A DNA stretch of 64,000 nucleotides from Patescibacteria group bacterium (GCA_048617235.1 JBMCHT010000001.1:118043-182042), one strand, 5' to 3'; positions 27,361 to 38,682 are shown, numbered from the stretch's first letter. Translations and numbers: made by a program. The notes: generated by a model from the sequence alone, not told the origin.

Positions 27361-29509
27361 TAGCATAACTTTCAGCTTGATCAAATTTAACAGATAAAAT
27401 ATCAGACACTCCTTCTCGATTTATGGTTACTCCATATAGAATATCAGCTCGGGACATGGTTTCTCGATTATGAGTTACTAAAATCAGCTGAGATTGTTTG
27501 GATAATTCTTCAACTAAATCACCATAACGTTTAGAATTAGCCTCATCTAAAGCGGCATCAGTCTCATCCAAAACCAAAAACGGTGGTGGTTTGATTCTGG
27601 TCATAGCAAACAATAAAGCTATAGAAACCAAAGATCTTTCACCACCGGATAAGACTTCTAAACCTTTTACTTTTTTACCGGGCAAATTAACTTCCACCTC
27701 CACTCCTTTAACCATCTCTTCAGCTTCAAATTCTTCTTTTTCTTTAACAACTTGTAATTTTAAAGTTCCCCGACCACCGCCAAACATTAACTGTAATAAT
27801 CGATTAAACTCAGCACTGATTTTAGTTAAACCTTCAGTAAACTCTTTGTCTATTTTTGTCTCTAAATCAGTAATTAAAATTCGCAAACGGGTAGCGGTCT
27901 CTTCCAAATCTGTTAATTCTTCAGTTAAAAATTCATTACGAGTCTTAGTTTCTTCATATTCAGACATAACCTCGGCCGTATCTACCCCTACCGCTTCCAA
28001 TTTTAATTTCAAACGCTCTATTTGTCGTCGACAATTCTGTTGTTCATTTCTGGTTTTATTAAAATCCACCTCCTGATTGTCTGTATAATAATTTACAATA
28101 TCCCGACCTACCAACAAAGATCCTTCGGCTAATTCCCGTTTTAAATCTTCTTCCGTCGTTTTTAATTGTTCGGCTCGACTATTACAAGAATTTAAATTCT
28201 CAATTACCAAACGCTTATCGGCTTTTAATTCATAATAACGTGATAATTTTTGATTATCAGCCGATAAAATCGATTGTCTTTCTTTATCTAAATCTCTACC
28301 AATTTGAGATAGTTCTTGTAATTGATTAGCTAATTGTTTTAAATCTTGTTCTATTACTATTTTTCTTTTTTCCAATTCATTATCTATTTCAGCTACTGAA
28401 ACAGTTTCAACTGACACCCCAACTAAATTTTGCGACCAAGACAATAATTTTTCTCCGGCTTGACGGACTTTCTCCCAATTATTAGTAGCCAACAACTCCT
28501 CGCCTAACTGTTTTAAATAAAAACTATATTGTTTTAATTGATCTTGATTAACCACAGATTCTTTATGGGTTGTTTGTTGACTAGCAGCTATTTCTCCCTC
28601 CAGACGACCTAAAGATCTTTCCAACTCAGATCGACGATTTAAAACTGTTTGGCGTTTATTTTCTAAATCGTTTATTTTGTTTTTTATCTCCTCTATTTTA
28701 TTATTTGATTTTTTTTGCTCCGCTTGAGCCAATTCCGATTCAATCATTTCTAATTTTTGTTTAGCAATTATTTGGCTTTGATTTATTTTTTCTTTTTCCG
28801 ACTTTATATATTCTCGCTCCCCACCCAAATAGACTTTATATAATTGACGCAACTCTTGACGCCAATCTTCCGCCTGACGAATTTTATCAACTTGTTTCTC
28901 TAAAAAACGTAAATGAGGAGCGATTTCTTTCTTTAAACTCTTAACTTGATTAATATTATCTTCTGTTTGATTTAATTTTTTTTCAGATTCTCCCAGTTGC
29001 GTTCTAAATAATCTTAACCCCAGAGCTTCTTCTAAAATAGCTTGCCGATCTACCGGTCTGGCTAATAAAATACGGTCAGCTTCACCTTGAGAAATAACAT
29101 GATAACCGGATGAACCCAAAGATACCTCAGCTAATAAAGCCACCACATCTTTTAATCTAACCGGAGAACCATTAATAGCATAACCACCGGAGCCATCCCT
29201 AAAAACCGTTCTGGTAATAATTATTTCATCATAATCTATAGAGAAACTTCTATCGGAATTATCAAAAATCAGAGAAGCAGAAGCTCGAGACAAACGGCCT
29301 TGGGGACCGGAAAAAATAAGATCCTCCCCCTTTTTACCCCTTAAAGATTTTAATGATTGCTCCCCCATCACCCAACGCAAACTCTCAGTTATATTTGATT
29401 TACCGGAACCATTAGGTCCGACTACTGCCGTAATCGGGGATGGAAAAACCAAAATTGTTTTTTTGGCAAAAGACTTAAAACCGGATAATTCCAGTTGTTT
29501 TAATTTCAT
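27356..29509 (-). CDS. smc: Short SMC-family chromosome segregation ATPase
   Basis: GFKSF, GPNGSGKSN, LSGGE and LDETDAALD motifs; coiled coil; only 717 aa. Confidence 0.9.
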   Translation of the reverse strand: MKLKQLELSGFKSFAKKTILVFPSPITAVVGPNGSGKSNITESLRWVMGEQSLKSLRGKKGEDLIFSGPQGRLSRASASLIFDNSDRSFSIDYDEIIITRTVFRDGSGGYAINGSPVRLKDVVALLAEVSLGSSGYHVISQGEADRILLARPVDRQAILEEALGLRLFRTQLGESEKKLNQTEDNINQVKSLKKEIAPHLRFLEKQVDKIRQAEDWRQELRQLYKVYLGGEREYIKSEKEKINQSQIIAKQKLEMIESELAQAEQKKSNNKIEEIKNKINDLENKRQTVLNRRSELERSLGRLEGEIAASQQTTHKESVVNQDQLKQYSFYLKQLGEELLATNNWEKVRQAGEKLLSWSQNLVGVSVETVSVAEIDNELEKRKIVIEQDLKQLANQLQELSQIGRDLDKERQSILSADNQKLSRYYELKADKRLVIENLNSCNSRAEQLKTTEEDLKRELAEGSLLVGRDIVNYYTDNQEVDFNKTRNEQQNCRRQIERLKLKLEAVGVDTAEVMSEYEETKTRNEFLTEELTDLEETATRLRILITDLETKIDKEFTEGLTKISAEFNRLLQLMFGGGRGTLKLQVVKEKEEFEAEEMVKGVEVEVNLPGKKVKGLEVLSGGERSLVSIALLFAMTRIKPPPFLVLDETDAALDEANSKRYGDLVEELSKQSQLILVTHNRETMSRADILYGVTINREGVSDILSVKFDQAESYAK

Positions 29510-29537
29510 TATTGCCTATTCTAACAAAAATCTAAGA

Positions 29538-30245
29538 TTAATCCAGCCATTTTTTTGCTTGCAAGCCACCGGTAGCCGCTTGTTGTTCAGCTGCTTGTTT
29601 GGAAAATCCCTCACCCACAGATACTTCTTCATCACCCAACTTTAAAGCTACTGTAAATTTTTTATTATGATCCGGACCTGTTTCGCTAATCACTTCATAA
29701 GCAGGAGTAATCCCGGTTACCTCTTGAGCTTTTTCTTGAAATAAACTTTTAGCGTCTTGCCATAAACCACCGGCTACCATCTTATCGGTTTTTATTAATA
29801 AATATCTTTTTATTAATTCTTGAACCGTATCATAACCTTGATCCAAATAAACAGAACCAATTACCGCCTCAAAAGTGTTGGCTAAAATATAATGACGAGC
29901 CCGACCAATATCCTTAGCTTCCCCTTTGGATAACAACAAATAATCATCTAACCCCATCTGATCGGCTGTCTCAGCCAAAGACTGTGTATTAACCAAAGCT
30001 GCTCGAAAAGCAGTTAACTCACCTTCGGTTCTACTTTCATATTTATGATATAAATAATCAGTTACCACCAATTCCAAAACCGCATCTCCTAAAAATTCCA
30101 ATCTTTCGTTGTGAGGTAAGGGCCAATCTTTATGTTCATTCAAATAAGAGCGATGAGTTAAAGCTTGTTTAAATAACTCTAAATCTTTAAATTTTAAACC
30201 TAAAGATTCTGACAATTTTAAAAAGTTTTTATCATTATTATTCAT
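29538..30245 (-). CDS. rnc: Ribonuclease III
   Basis: NERLEFLGDAVL and a dsRBD. Confidence 0.97.
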   Translation of the reverse strand: MNNNDKNFLKLSESLGLKFKDLELFKQALTHRSYLNEHKDWPLPHNERLEFLGDAVLELVVTDYLYHKYESRTEGELTAFRAALVNTQSLAETADQMGLDDYLLLSKGEAKDIGRARHYILANTFEAVIGSVYLDQGYDTVQELIKRYLLIKTDKMVAGGLWQDAKSLFQEKAQEVTGITPAYEVISETGPDHNKKFTVALKLGDEEVSVGEGFSKQAAEQQAATGGLQAKKWLD

Positions 30246-31155
30246 TTTTATTTTCAATTTTTTTTATTTTTTTCAAACCGGCGACAATTATCGGTAAAAT
30301 ATCATCATAAATTTTTAAATCGGTTATATCTTGAATTAAAAACCAACCAACATCATCTAAACCTCCTTTGGCCTCCCCTAAACTAAGTTGATCAAGATTT
30401 ACACTTTTAGCTAATAAATAATTAACCTGTTTTCTAACTTTCCCTTTTTCCGGATCTGAAGCGATGTACTCATTACTGTCCAAAATCTCAACCACTTCAA
30501 TATCTAAAGACATTTCTTCCTTTATTTCCCTTTTAACCGTATCGGCCGGGGTCTCCCCTTTTTCTATATGCCCCTTGGATAGAGTCCAATAACCGAAAAC
30601 ATCATGAACTAAAGCTAATTTTAAAGCTCCGGCCGGAGTTTTGGTATAAACTACCGCTCCGGCTAAATGTTCCACCGGCATTTTTTCAAAAGAAATATCC
30701 GTTTTTTGTTTTTTAGGTATTTCGTGTTTATCCGGCTCACCTAATTCTTTATAAACCGCTCCCAAAACCCCGTTAACAAAACGTCCACTGTTTTCTCCTC
30801 CGAATATTTTAGCAATTTCTATAGCTTCATTAATAGCTACTCTGGCCGGTACTTGAAAACGATCACCAAACAACAACTCATAAAGTCCGATTCGTAAAAT
30901 ATTCCTATCAACAATAGCAATTTGAGGCAAAGGCCAATCCGGAGCCGCTTTGGTTATAATATCATCTAATTGTTTCCTTTTAGAGATAGTTTTAACTGCT
31001 AAATCAACAGCAAAATTAATATCATTTAAACCGGGAGCAAAATCTTCAGCTTGACGTTTAACGATATCTGAAACGGAATCATCCGCCAAGCCTCTAAAAT
31101 CCCATTCAAAAAGGGATTGCATAGCCAGGCTTCTAGATAAATGGCGATTAGCCAT
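30238..31155 (-). CDS. nusB: NusB fused to a C-terminal Nudix hydrolase domain
   Basis: DRNILR, AINEAIEIAK and FVNGVLG, then KGHIEKGETPADTVKREIKEE Nudix box. Confidence 0.9.
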   Translation of the reverse strand: MANRHLSRSLAMQSLFEWDFRGLADDSVSDIVKRQAEDFAPGLNDINFAVDLAVKTISKRKQLDDIITKAAPDWPLPQIAIVDRNILRIGLYELLFGDRFQVPARVAINEAIEIAKIFGGENSGRFVNGVLGAVYKELGEPDKHEIPKKQKTDISFEKMPVEHLAGAVVYTKTPAGALKLALVHDVFGYWTLSKGHIEKGETPADTVKREIKEEMSLDIEVVEILDSNEYIASDPEKGKVRKQVNYLLAKSVNLDQLSLGEAKGGLDDVGWFLIQDITDLKIYDDILPIIVAGLKKIKKIENKNE

Positions 31156-31231
31156 ATAAAAAAATCAGACAATAAAAATAATAAATTTTCAATATTCTCA
31201 AAATAAAGAAACCAACCAACAAGCGCCCCGA

Positions 31232-31486
31232 CTATTCGGGCCGTTCATTAGCTGACTCCTCATTTTGCTTTTCGGCTTGGGCTTGTTTTTTAGCTTGGAT
31301 TTTTTCCATTTTTTTGGAAATATCAATCACTTGCCGACCGCGGTAATAACCACAGTTTAAACAGGCTTTATGCCTAACATGCCAAGCTCGACAATGATTA
31401 CACTGCGAAAGCGGCGGAGTCTTCAAAAAGTGATGACCTCGCCTATTACCCGTATGGGCTCTGGTATGTCTCATGCGAACTGACAT
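31232..31486 (-). CDS. rpmF: 50S ribosomal protein L32
   Basis: CNHC...HKACLNCGYYRGRQV. Confidence 0.93.
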   Translation of the reverse strand: MSVRMRHTRAHTGNRRGHHFLKTPPLSQCNHCRAWHVRHKACLNCGYYRGRQVIDISKKMEKIQAKKQAQAEKQNEESANERPE

Positions 31487-31532
31487 AATGAGTCAATATA
31501 AACAATTATTAACAAAAATGCAAGCCTTAAAA

Positions 31533-32111
31533 TTATATTTTTAATCTTTTTAAAAAACTTCGCCGATGAATAGGACTCAAACCAAATTCTTTAATTTTAG
31601 TAAAATGATAAGCAGTACCATAACCTTTATGCCTATCAAAACCATAATCGGAATAAAGTCTGTGATAATAATCCATCCTTTTATCTCTTCTGACTTTAGC
31701 TAAAACCGAAGCCAAAGCCACAGCCGGCATTTTTTCATCAGCCTGAGGAAAAGATAAACAATTAAACTCAGTCGATAAAGGCAGACCGGCATCCAAACAA
31801 ATCAGAGTATTTTGTTTGTTAAAATTAATTTTCTCTATTAAACGATTAACTGCTACCGCTAAGGCATAAGATAAACCAACTTTATCTATTACTATCGGCT
31901 TGATTGAAACTTCAGCCATTTGCCAATGATTAAAATTTTTTTTCTCCAACAAAAAATCATACCAAGACAATCTTTGTTTCAAAGTTAATTTTTTAGAATC
32001 TTTCCGAGGCCAATTTTCTTCGGTAATAGGCATTAAAACCCCGGCCACTGTCAAAGGACCGGCTACCGGTCCGCGACCAACCTCATCTATACCCAAATAA
32101 TAAGAAAACAT
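31533..32111 (-). CDS. rnhB: Ribonuclease HII
   Basis: GIDEVGRGP, DSKKL and HKGYGT motifs. Confidence 0.95.
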   Translation of the reverse strand: MFSYYLGIDEVGRGPVAGPLTVAGVLMPITEENWPRKDSKKLTLKQRLSWYDFLLEKKNFNHWQMAEVSIKPIVIDKVGLSYALAVAVNRLIEKINFNKQNTLICLDAGLPLSTEFNCLSFPQADEKMPAVALASVLAKVRRDKRMDYYHRLYSDYGFDRHKGYGTAYHFTKIKEFGLSPIHRRSFLKRLKI

Positions 32112-32189
32112 ATAATTTAATTTTAACAATTTAAAAAATCAAAAGCCAGAAATTTGCCCTTTATAAGCTTATGCTATAATAATTAAGTA

Positions 32190-35100
32190 ATGTCTTTTGT
32201 TCACCTTCATACCCACAGCCATTATTCTCTTTTAGATGGATTATCTAAATCTAAAGACTTTGTCAGAAAAGCCCAAGAGTATGGCATGCCGGCGGTCGGT
32301 TTAACCGATCACGGTACTATGTATGGAATAATAGATTTTTATGACACCTTAACTCAAGCCGGTCTCAAGCCCATTATTGGCGTAGAAGCTTATATGGCTA
32401 AAAGATCTTTACATGATAAAGAACCTCATATAGATTCAAAACGTTATCACCTGACTTTACTGGCCGAGAATAATACCGGCTATGAAAATTTAATTAAACT
32501 AACCACTATCGCCCACCTAGAAGGTTTCTACTACAAACCACGAATAGATAAACAAGTTTTAAAACAGCATGCCGAAGGCTTAATTTGCCTTTCCGGCTGT
32601 CCCGGAGGTGAATTAGCCGAAGCTTTAATGGTTAACAATCTTGATCAAGGTAGAAAAATAGTAATGGAATTCTTAGATATTTTTGGCCCTAATCATTATT
32701 TTCTTGAAGTTATGAATCATCCAGAGGTAGAAAATATAAAAAATATTCATCAAGGTTTAAAAACTTTGGCCAAAGAGTTTAATTTACCATTGGTAGCCAC
32801 TTATGATTCCCATTATCCTGAAAAAGAAGACGCTGAAGCTCATCACACTTTAGTGGCCATTAACACCGGAGCCGAAGTGGCTGATCAAGGTTTGAATATG
32901 AAAAACGGTGATTATTCTTTTATTGGACCTGAAGAAGCAAAAAAACTTTACCAAGATTTTCCGGAAGCTGTAGCTAACACCGTTAAAATTGCCGAACGTT
33001 GCAATGTTTCTATCACTTTGGGTGAATTTATATTCCCCACTTTTGGTTTACCTCGAAATACTACAGCCGATGAAGAGTTAAAACATTTATGTCTTTTGGG
33101 AATGAAAAAAAGAGGGTTAACTAATAAACCGGAGGCAATCAAGCGTCTTGATTACGAATTAGATATTATTAAAATGAAGGGCTATGCCGATTATTTTTTA
33201 GTAGTCGGAGATTTAATACGTTTTGCTCGTGAAAATAATATTTATTACAACATTAGAGGATCAGTAGCCGGCTCTATGACCACCTATTCTCTTGAAATTA
33301 CCAAATTGGATCCAATTGAATATCAAATTCCTTTTGAAAGATTTTTAAATCCCGAACGCCCTTCAGCTCCGGATATTGATATGGATTTTGCCGACAATCG
33401 CCGAGATGAGATTATAGAATACGCCAAAGAAAAATATGGAAGCGACAAAGTGGCTCAAATCGGGACTTTCGGCACAATGATGGCTCGAGGTTCAGTTCGG
33501 GATGTAGCCCGCGCTTTAAGTTATCCTTACTCTGTTGGCGACCGTCTAGCCAAGTTAATTCCTCTAGGCTCTCAAGGTTCTGCCATGACCATAGATCGAG
33601 CTCTAAAAACGGTACCCGAACTTAAAGAGGCTTATCAAAATGAAACCGATACCAAAAAAATTCTCGATCTAGCTAAAAAAATTGAAGGTTCAGCCAGGCA
33701 TATTTCCGTTCACGCCGCCGGTGTGGTAATTGCCCCTGAACCTTTAAATCGTTATGTTCCAATGCAATATGACCCCAAAGGTCAATCTATTATCACTCAA
33801 TATGATATGTATGCTGTCGGTGAAGATGGAGTTGGTTTAACTAAATTTGATTTTTTAGGCCTAAGAAATTTATCTATTTTGGCCAATGCTGTTCGTTTGG
33901 TTAAAAAAATTTATAACCAAAATATAGATATTGAAAATATTCCTCTGGATAATAAAAAAACTTTTTCTCTCTTGGCTCGTGGTGAAACAGAAGGTCTGTT
34001 CCAATTAAACGGCGCCGGAATGACCAGGTGGCTTAAAGAATTAAAACCAACCAATATTGATGATATTAACGCTATGGTGGCTTTATACCGACCGGGACCA
34101 ATGGAATTTATCCCCGAATATATTAAACGAAAACACAATCCTCAACTGGTAGATTATCCACATCCGGCTCTCCAAGAAGATCTGGAAAGAAGTTATGGTC
34201 TTTTAATTTATCAAGAAGATGTAATGATGACCGCCATAAAATTAGCCGGCTATTCTTGGTTGGAGGCTGATAAATTCCGCAAAGCCATGGGTAAAAAAAT
34301 TCCCAAACTAATGGCCGAACAAGAAAAAAAATTCAAAGACGGTTGTATTAAAAACGGAATTGATAAAAATAAAGCCGTTGATTTATGGAATCGGATTAAG
34401 CCCTTCGCCGCTTACGCTTTTAATAAAGCCCATTCAGCTTCTTACGGACGAGTAGCTTATGAAACCGCTTATATGAAAGCCAATTACCCGGTTGTTTATA
34501 TGTGTGCCTGTCTAACCGCTGAATCCGGAGATATTGAACAAATTGGAGTCTATGTCGGAGAAGCCAAAAGAATGGGTATAGATATATTACCACCGGCTGT
34601 TAATGAAAGTTTTGGCGATTTTACCGTGGTTGATAATCCCCTTAAAGAAAATGAAAAAGCAATTCGCTTCGGTCTCTATACTATAAAAAACTTAGGTTAT
34701 GATATTGCCGACCACATAGTGGAAATTAGAAAAAAAGATGGACCCTTTCAATCTTATTCTAATTTTCTAGACAGAATTACTCATAAAAATCTAAATCGTA
34801 AATCCTTAGAAGCCTTAATTAAAGCCGGAGCTTTAGATTCTTTTGGCCATGATCGTGGCCATCTCCTACATAATCTGGAAGAAGCCGTATCTTATAACCG
34901 TACCCAATCAAAAAACACTAATAGTCAACAAAGCTCTCTATTTGATCTCATGACCGACACTTCCTCCGTCCCAATATTTAAATTAAAAACCGGATCCGAA
35001 ACTGAAAGCGAACAATTATTATTATGGGAAAAAGAATTGTTGGGTTTATATATATCCGGTCACCCTTTAAATAAATTTAAAGACAAGTTTTCCAAAAAAC

Positions 35101-35384
35101 AAAACACTATTGCTCATAATCGCCAATTAAACAATGGTGCCATTGTCCAAATCGCCGGCATAATAGAAAATGTTAAAGTTATCACCACTCGTCGTGGTGG
35201 CTATATGGCCTTTATCAGATTAGCTGACTTTAGTGACAAAATGGAAATCGTGGTCTTTTCAGAATCTTGGGATAATTATAAAAATCTCTTAATTGTGGAT
35301 CAGTGTGTCGTGATTAAAGGTAAAATATCTCATCGTCAAGGCGATATCTCTCTTTTACTGGAAAAAGCTAAAAAATTAGAATAG
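32190..35384 (+). CDS. dnaE: DNA polymerase III alpha subunit
   Basis: PHP domain HLHTHSHYSLLDG, PDIDMDF and FNKAH. Confidence 0.97.
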   Translation: MSFVHLHTHSHYSLLDGLSKSKDFVRKAQEYGMPAVGLTDHGTMYGIIDFYDTLTQAGLKPIIGVEAYMAKRSLHDKEPHIDSKRYHLTLLAENNTGYENLIKLTTIAHLEGFYYKPRIDKQVLKQHAEGLICLSGCPGGELAEALMVNNLDQGRKIVMEFLDIFGPNHYFLEVMNHPEVENIKNIHQGLKTLAKEFNLPLVATYDSHYPEKEDAEAHHTLVAINTGAEVADQGLNMKNGDYSFIGPEEAKKLYQDFPEAVANTVKIAERCNVSITLGEFIFPTFGLPRNTTADEELKHLCLLGMKKRGLTNKPEAIKRLDYELDIIKMKGYADYFLVVGDLIRFARENNIYYNIRGSVAGSMTTYSLEITKLDPIEYQIPFERFLNPERPSAPDIDMDFADNRRDEIIEYAKEKYGSDKVAQIGTFGTMMARGSVRDVARALSYPYSVGDRLAKLIPLGSQGSAMTIDRALKTVPELKEAYQNETDTKKILDLAKKIEGSARHISVHAAGVVIAPEPLNRYVPMQYDPKGQSIITQYDMYAVGEDGVGLTKFDFLGLRNLSILANAVRLVKKIYNQNIDIENIPLDNKKTFSLLARGETEGLFQLNGAGMTRWLKELKPTNIDDINAMVALYRPGPMEFIPEYIKRKHNPQLVDYPHPALQEDLERSYGLLIYQEDVMMTAIKLAGYSWLEADKFRKAMGKKIPKLMAEQEKKFKDGCIKNGIDKNKAVDLWNRIKPFAAYAFNKAHSASYGRVAYETAYMKANYPVVYMCACLTAESGDIEQIGVYVGEAKRMGIDILPPAVNESFGDFTVVDNPLKENEKAIRFGLYTIKNLGYDIADHIVEIRKKDGPFQSYSNFLDRITHKNLNRKSLEALIKAGALDSFGHDRGHLLHNLEEAVSYNRTQSKNTNSQQSSLFDLMTDTSSVPIFKLKTGSETESEQLLLWEKELLGLYISGHPLNKFKDKFSKKQNTIAHNRQLNNGAIVQIAGIIENVKVITTRRGGYMAFIRLADFSDKMEIVVFSESWDNYKNLLIVDQCVVIKGKISHRQGDISLLLEKAKKLE

Positions 35385-35474
35385 AAACATATTTTCCTAA
35401 AATAAAATTTGCAATAAACAAAAAAGTTGTTAGAATGTTAGGCGTCTATTAATTTAAATAAATATCAAAAATAA

Positions 35475-37268
35475 ATGGAAGATTCAGATTCTGGTAAACA
35501 AAATCAAACCACTTATAAAACCGGCCAAATAACCCGAGTCAATGGCCCCCTAGTACAAGCCAAAGGCATGTCCGAGGCTAAAATGTATGAAATTATTAAA
35601 GTATCGGATGAAAACTTATTGGGAGAGATAATAGAATTAAATGGAGATATTGCCTCCATCCAAGTTTATGAAGAAACCGGTGGCATCAGTCCGGGCATGC
35701 CGGCCTATCGCACCGGTCGTACCATGTCAGTAGAATTAGGTCCCGGTTTATTAGAATCTATTTACGACGGCATTCAAAGACCATTATCTGTTATTGAAGA
35801 GCAAGCTCAAAGCCCTTTTATTAATCGCGGTATAGAAGCCCATGGATTAGATAGAGAACGCCGATGGAAATTTGAACCGCAAGTTCAATCCGGTCAAACT
35901 GTAGGCCCCGGAGATATTCTCGGCCAAACTCAGGAAACTTCCTTAATTAGCCATAAAATAATGGTACCGGCCGATCTTAGTGGAAAAATTAAAAGTATTG
36001 AAAAAGGAGAATACACTGTCACTGAAACCATAGCTATTATAACAGACGATCAAGGTCAAGATCACTCTATTACCATGTTGCAATACTGGCCAATCAGACA
36101 ACCACGCTCTAAAATTAAAAAAATATTTCCAGATAAACCCTTAATTACCGGCGGACGATCAATAGATACGTTTTTTCCTATAGTTAAAGGTGGGGCCGGA
36201 TCCATTCCCGGACCTTTCGGTTCCGGTAAAACCGTCACCCAACAATCTTTAGCTAAATATTGTGATGCTCAGGTAATAGTTTATATCGGTTGTGGTGAAC
36301 GTGGTAATGAAATGACCGAAGTCTTGAACGAATTTCCTCATCTAACCGATCCTAATTCCGGTGAACCTTTAATTAGAAGGACGGTTTTAATTGCCAACAC
36401 CTCCAATATGCCGGTAGCCGCTCGTGAAGCTTCTGTTTATACCGGTATAACTATCGCCGAGTATTATCGCGATATGGGTTACTCTGTGGCCTTAATGGCT
36501 GATTCCACTTCTCGATGGGCTGAAGCCATGAGAGAAATCTCCGGTCGCTTGGAAGAAATGCCGGGAGAAGAAGGTTACCCTGCTTATCTGGCCTCCCGTA
36601 CCGCTCAATTTTACGAAAGAGCCGGGATGGTGGAATGTTTAGGTCAAGATGGCCGTACCGGAGCCCTAACCGCCATCGGAGCCGTTTCTCCTCCAGGAGG
36701 AGACTTATCCGAACCGGTCTCTCAAGCTACTCTTCGAGTAACTAAATGTTTTTGGGGTTTAGATGCCGATTTAGCTTATCGTAAACATTTTCCGGCTATT
36801 AACTGGCTTTCCTCTTATTCGCTATATGTAGATAATGTTAAAGATTATTGGAGACAAAAAGTAGCAGAAGATTTTCCGGAAATAAGATCTGAAGCTCTAA
36901 ATCTGTTACAAAAAGAAGCTAAATTAATGGAAATAGTTCGTTTGGTTGGTATGGAAGGATTATCGGAACAAGAAAAATTGGATCTGGAAATCGCTAAATC
37001 TATCAGAGAAGACTTTTTATTCCAAAATGCTTTTGATCCGGAAGATGCTTATACTCCACTTGATCGACAATATCAAATATTGAAATCCATTCTCTATATT
37101 CATCAACTTGGTTTGGAAAATATAAAAAACAAAACTAATTCTTTTAATCAACTAATGACTGCCGGAGTATTCTCTGACCTACCTCAATTAAAAACTTTAA
37201 AAACAGAAACGGAATTTGAAAACTTCAGAAACAAAATAAAAGAAATAGCGGCCAATAATAATCAATAA
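35475..37268 (+). CDS. ntpA: V/A-type ATPase subunit A
   Basis: GPFGSGKT and GCGERGNEM motifs. Confidence 0.96.
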   Translation: MEDSDSGKQNQTTYKTGQITRVNGPLVQAKGMSEAKMYEIIKVSDENLLGEIIELNGDIASIQVYEETGGISPGMPAYRTGRTMSVELGPGLLESIYDGIQRPLSVIEEQAQSPFINRGIEAHGLDRERRWKFEPQVQSGQTVGPGDILGQTQETSLISHKIMVPADLSGKIKSIEKGEYTVTETIAIITDDQGQDHSITMLQYWPIRQPRSKIKKIFPDKPLITGGRSIDTFFPIVKGGAGSIPGPFGSGKTVTQQSLAKYCDAQVIVYIGCGERGNEMTEVLNEFPHLTDPNSGEPLIRRTVLIANTSNMPVAAREASVYTGITIAEYYRDMGYSVALMADSTSRWAEAMREISGRLEEMPGEEGYPAYLASRTAQFYERAGMVECLGQDGRTGALTAIGAVSPPGGDLSEPVSQATLRVTKCFWGLDADLAYRKHFPAINWLSSYSLYVDNVKDYWRQKVAEDFPEIRSEALNLLQKEAKLMEIVRLVGMEGLSEQEKLDLEIAKSIREDFLFQNAFDPEDAYTPLDRQYQILKSILYIHQLGLENIKNKTNSFNQLMTAGVFSDLPQLKTLKTETEFENFRNKIKEIAANNNQ

Positions 37269-37274
37269 AAAAAT

Positions 37275-38666
37275 ATGTCAGCAGAAAATTTAAAAGAATA
37301 TAAAACAGTTAAATCCATTGCCGGACCCTTGATTATTGTTGAAGGTGTTTCCGGTATCGCTTATGATGAAATGGTTGAAGTTAGAGTTCCCGGCGAAAAT
37401 AAAGTTCGGATGGGAAAAGTCTTAGATTCTCATCAGGACAAAGCTATTGTGCAAATGTTTGATCCGACCAATGGAGCCCAAACTCAAGGTACTCGAGTCA
37501 GATTTACCGGCAAAGCGGCTACTATGAATTTGGCCGAAAGTATGTTGGGGCGTGTTTTTTCCGGAGCCGGACAACCAATAGATGGCGGACCGGAAATTAT
37601 ACCGGAGAAAAACACTCCCATTTCCGGAGCTCCAATAAATCCTTGGAGTCGAGAATTTCCAAACGACTTTATTCAAACCGGTATTTCTTCAATTGATGTA
37701 ATGAATACCTTGGTTCGCGGTCAAAAATTACCTATTTTTTCCGGTTCCGGTTTACCGCACGCTCGCCTGGCTGCTCAAATAGCTCGTCAAGCTAAAGTAG
37801 TCTCCGGAGAAAATTTTGCTATTGTTTTTGGTACTATGGGAGTAACTTTTGAGGAAGCAGCTTATTTCCAAAAAGAATTTACCGATACCGGCGCCATAGA
37901 AAGATCAGTCCTATTTGTTAATACAGCCGCCGACCCGGTGATTGAAAGAATTTCCACCCCCCGTCTGGCTCTAACTTGTGCCGAATATTTGGCTTTTGAA
38001 AAAAATATGCATGTTTTGGTTATTCTAACCGATATGACTAATTACTGTGAAGCTTTGAGAGAAATTTCTTCCACCAGAAAAGAAGTTCCCGGACGTCGTG
38101 GATACCCCGGTTATATGTATACCGATCTATCTACCATTTTTGAAAGAGCCGGAAAAATCAAAGGTTGCTCCGGTAGTATTACTCAGATACCAATTTTAAC
38201 TATGCCTGATGACGATAAAACTCACCCCATTCCAGACTTAACCGGTTACATTACCGAAGGTCAATTTATTATTGCCCGCGATCTTTATAATAATGGTATT
38301 TTTCCACCGGTGGATGTTCAAGGTTCATTATCTCGTCTATGGTCAGCCGGAGTCGGCCCGGAAAAAACTCGTGAAGACCATTCTAGTCTTAAAGATCAAT
38401 TATTTGCCGCCTACGCTGTCGGCAAAGAAGTTAGAGAACTGGCAGTGGTTTTAGGAGAATCCTCTTTATCTGAATCTGATCGTGACCATCTTCGTTTCGC
38501 TGATGCTTTTGAACAAGAATTTTTAAACCAAGGAGAACAAACTGACAGATCCGTAGCTGAATCTTTAGATATTGGTTGGCGTTTATTAACTATTCTGCCA
38601 CCAGAATCTTTAAAGAGAGTCAAAGCCGATATGATAGAAAGATATCTACCAAAAAAAGACAAATAA
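37275..38666 (+). CDS. ntpB: V/A-type ATPase subunit B
   Basis: [15 protein letters not shown] and [13 protein letters not shown] motifs. Confidence 0.96.
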   Translation: MSAENLKEYKTVKSIAGPLIIVEGVSGIAYDEMVEVRVPGENKVRMGKVLDSHQDKAIVQMFDPTNGAQTQGTRVRFTGKAATMNLAESMLGRVFSGAGQPIDGGPEIIPEKNTPISGAPINPWSREFPNDFIQTGISSIDVMNTLVRGQKLPIFSGSGLPHARLAAQIARQAKVVSGENFAIVFGTMGVTFEEAAYFQKEFTDTGAIERSVLFVNTAADPVIERISTPRLALTCAEYLAFEKNMHVLVILTDMTNYCEALREISSTRKEVPGRRGYPGYMYTDLSTIFERAGKIKGCSGSITQIPILTMPDDDKTHPIPDLTGYITEGQFIIARDLYNNGIFPPVDVQGSLSRLWSAGVGPEKTREDHSSLKDQLFAAYAVGKEVRELAVVLGESSLSESDRDHLRFADAFEQEFLNQGEQTDRSVAESLDIGWRLLTILPPESLKRVKADMIERYLPKKDK

Positions 38667-38682
38667 TTTAATTATTTTATTT

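Noticed and set aside
27087-27368. 93-aa ORF and the 69-aa extension from the ORF track
   Set aside because: They start in or just after the terminator without an RBS; the SD supports ATG at 27142.
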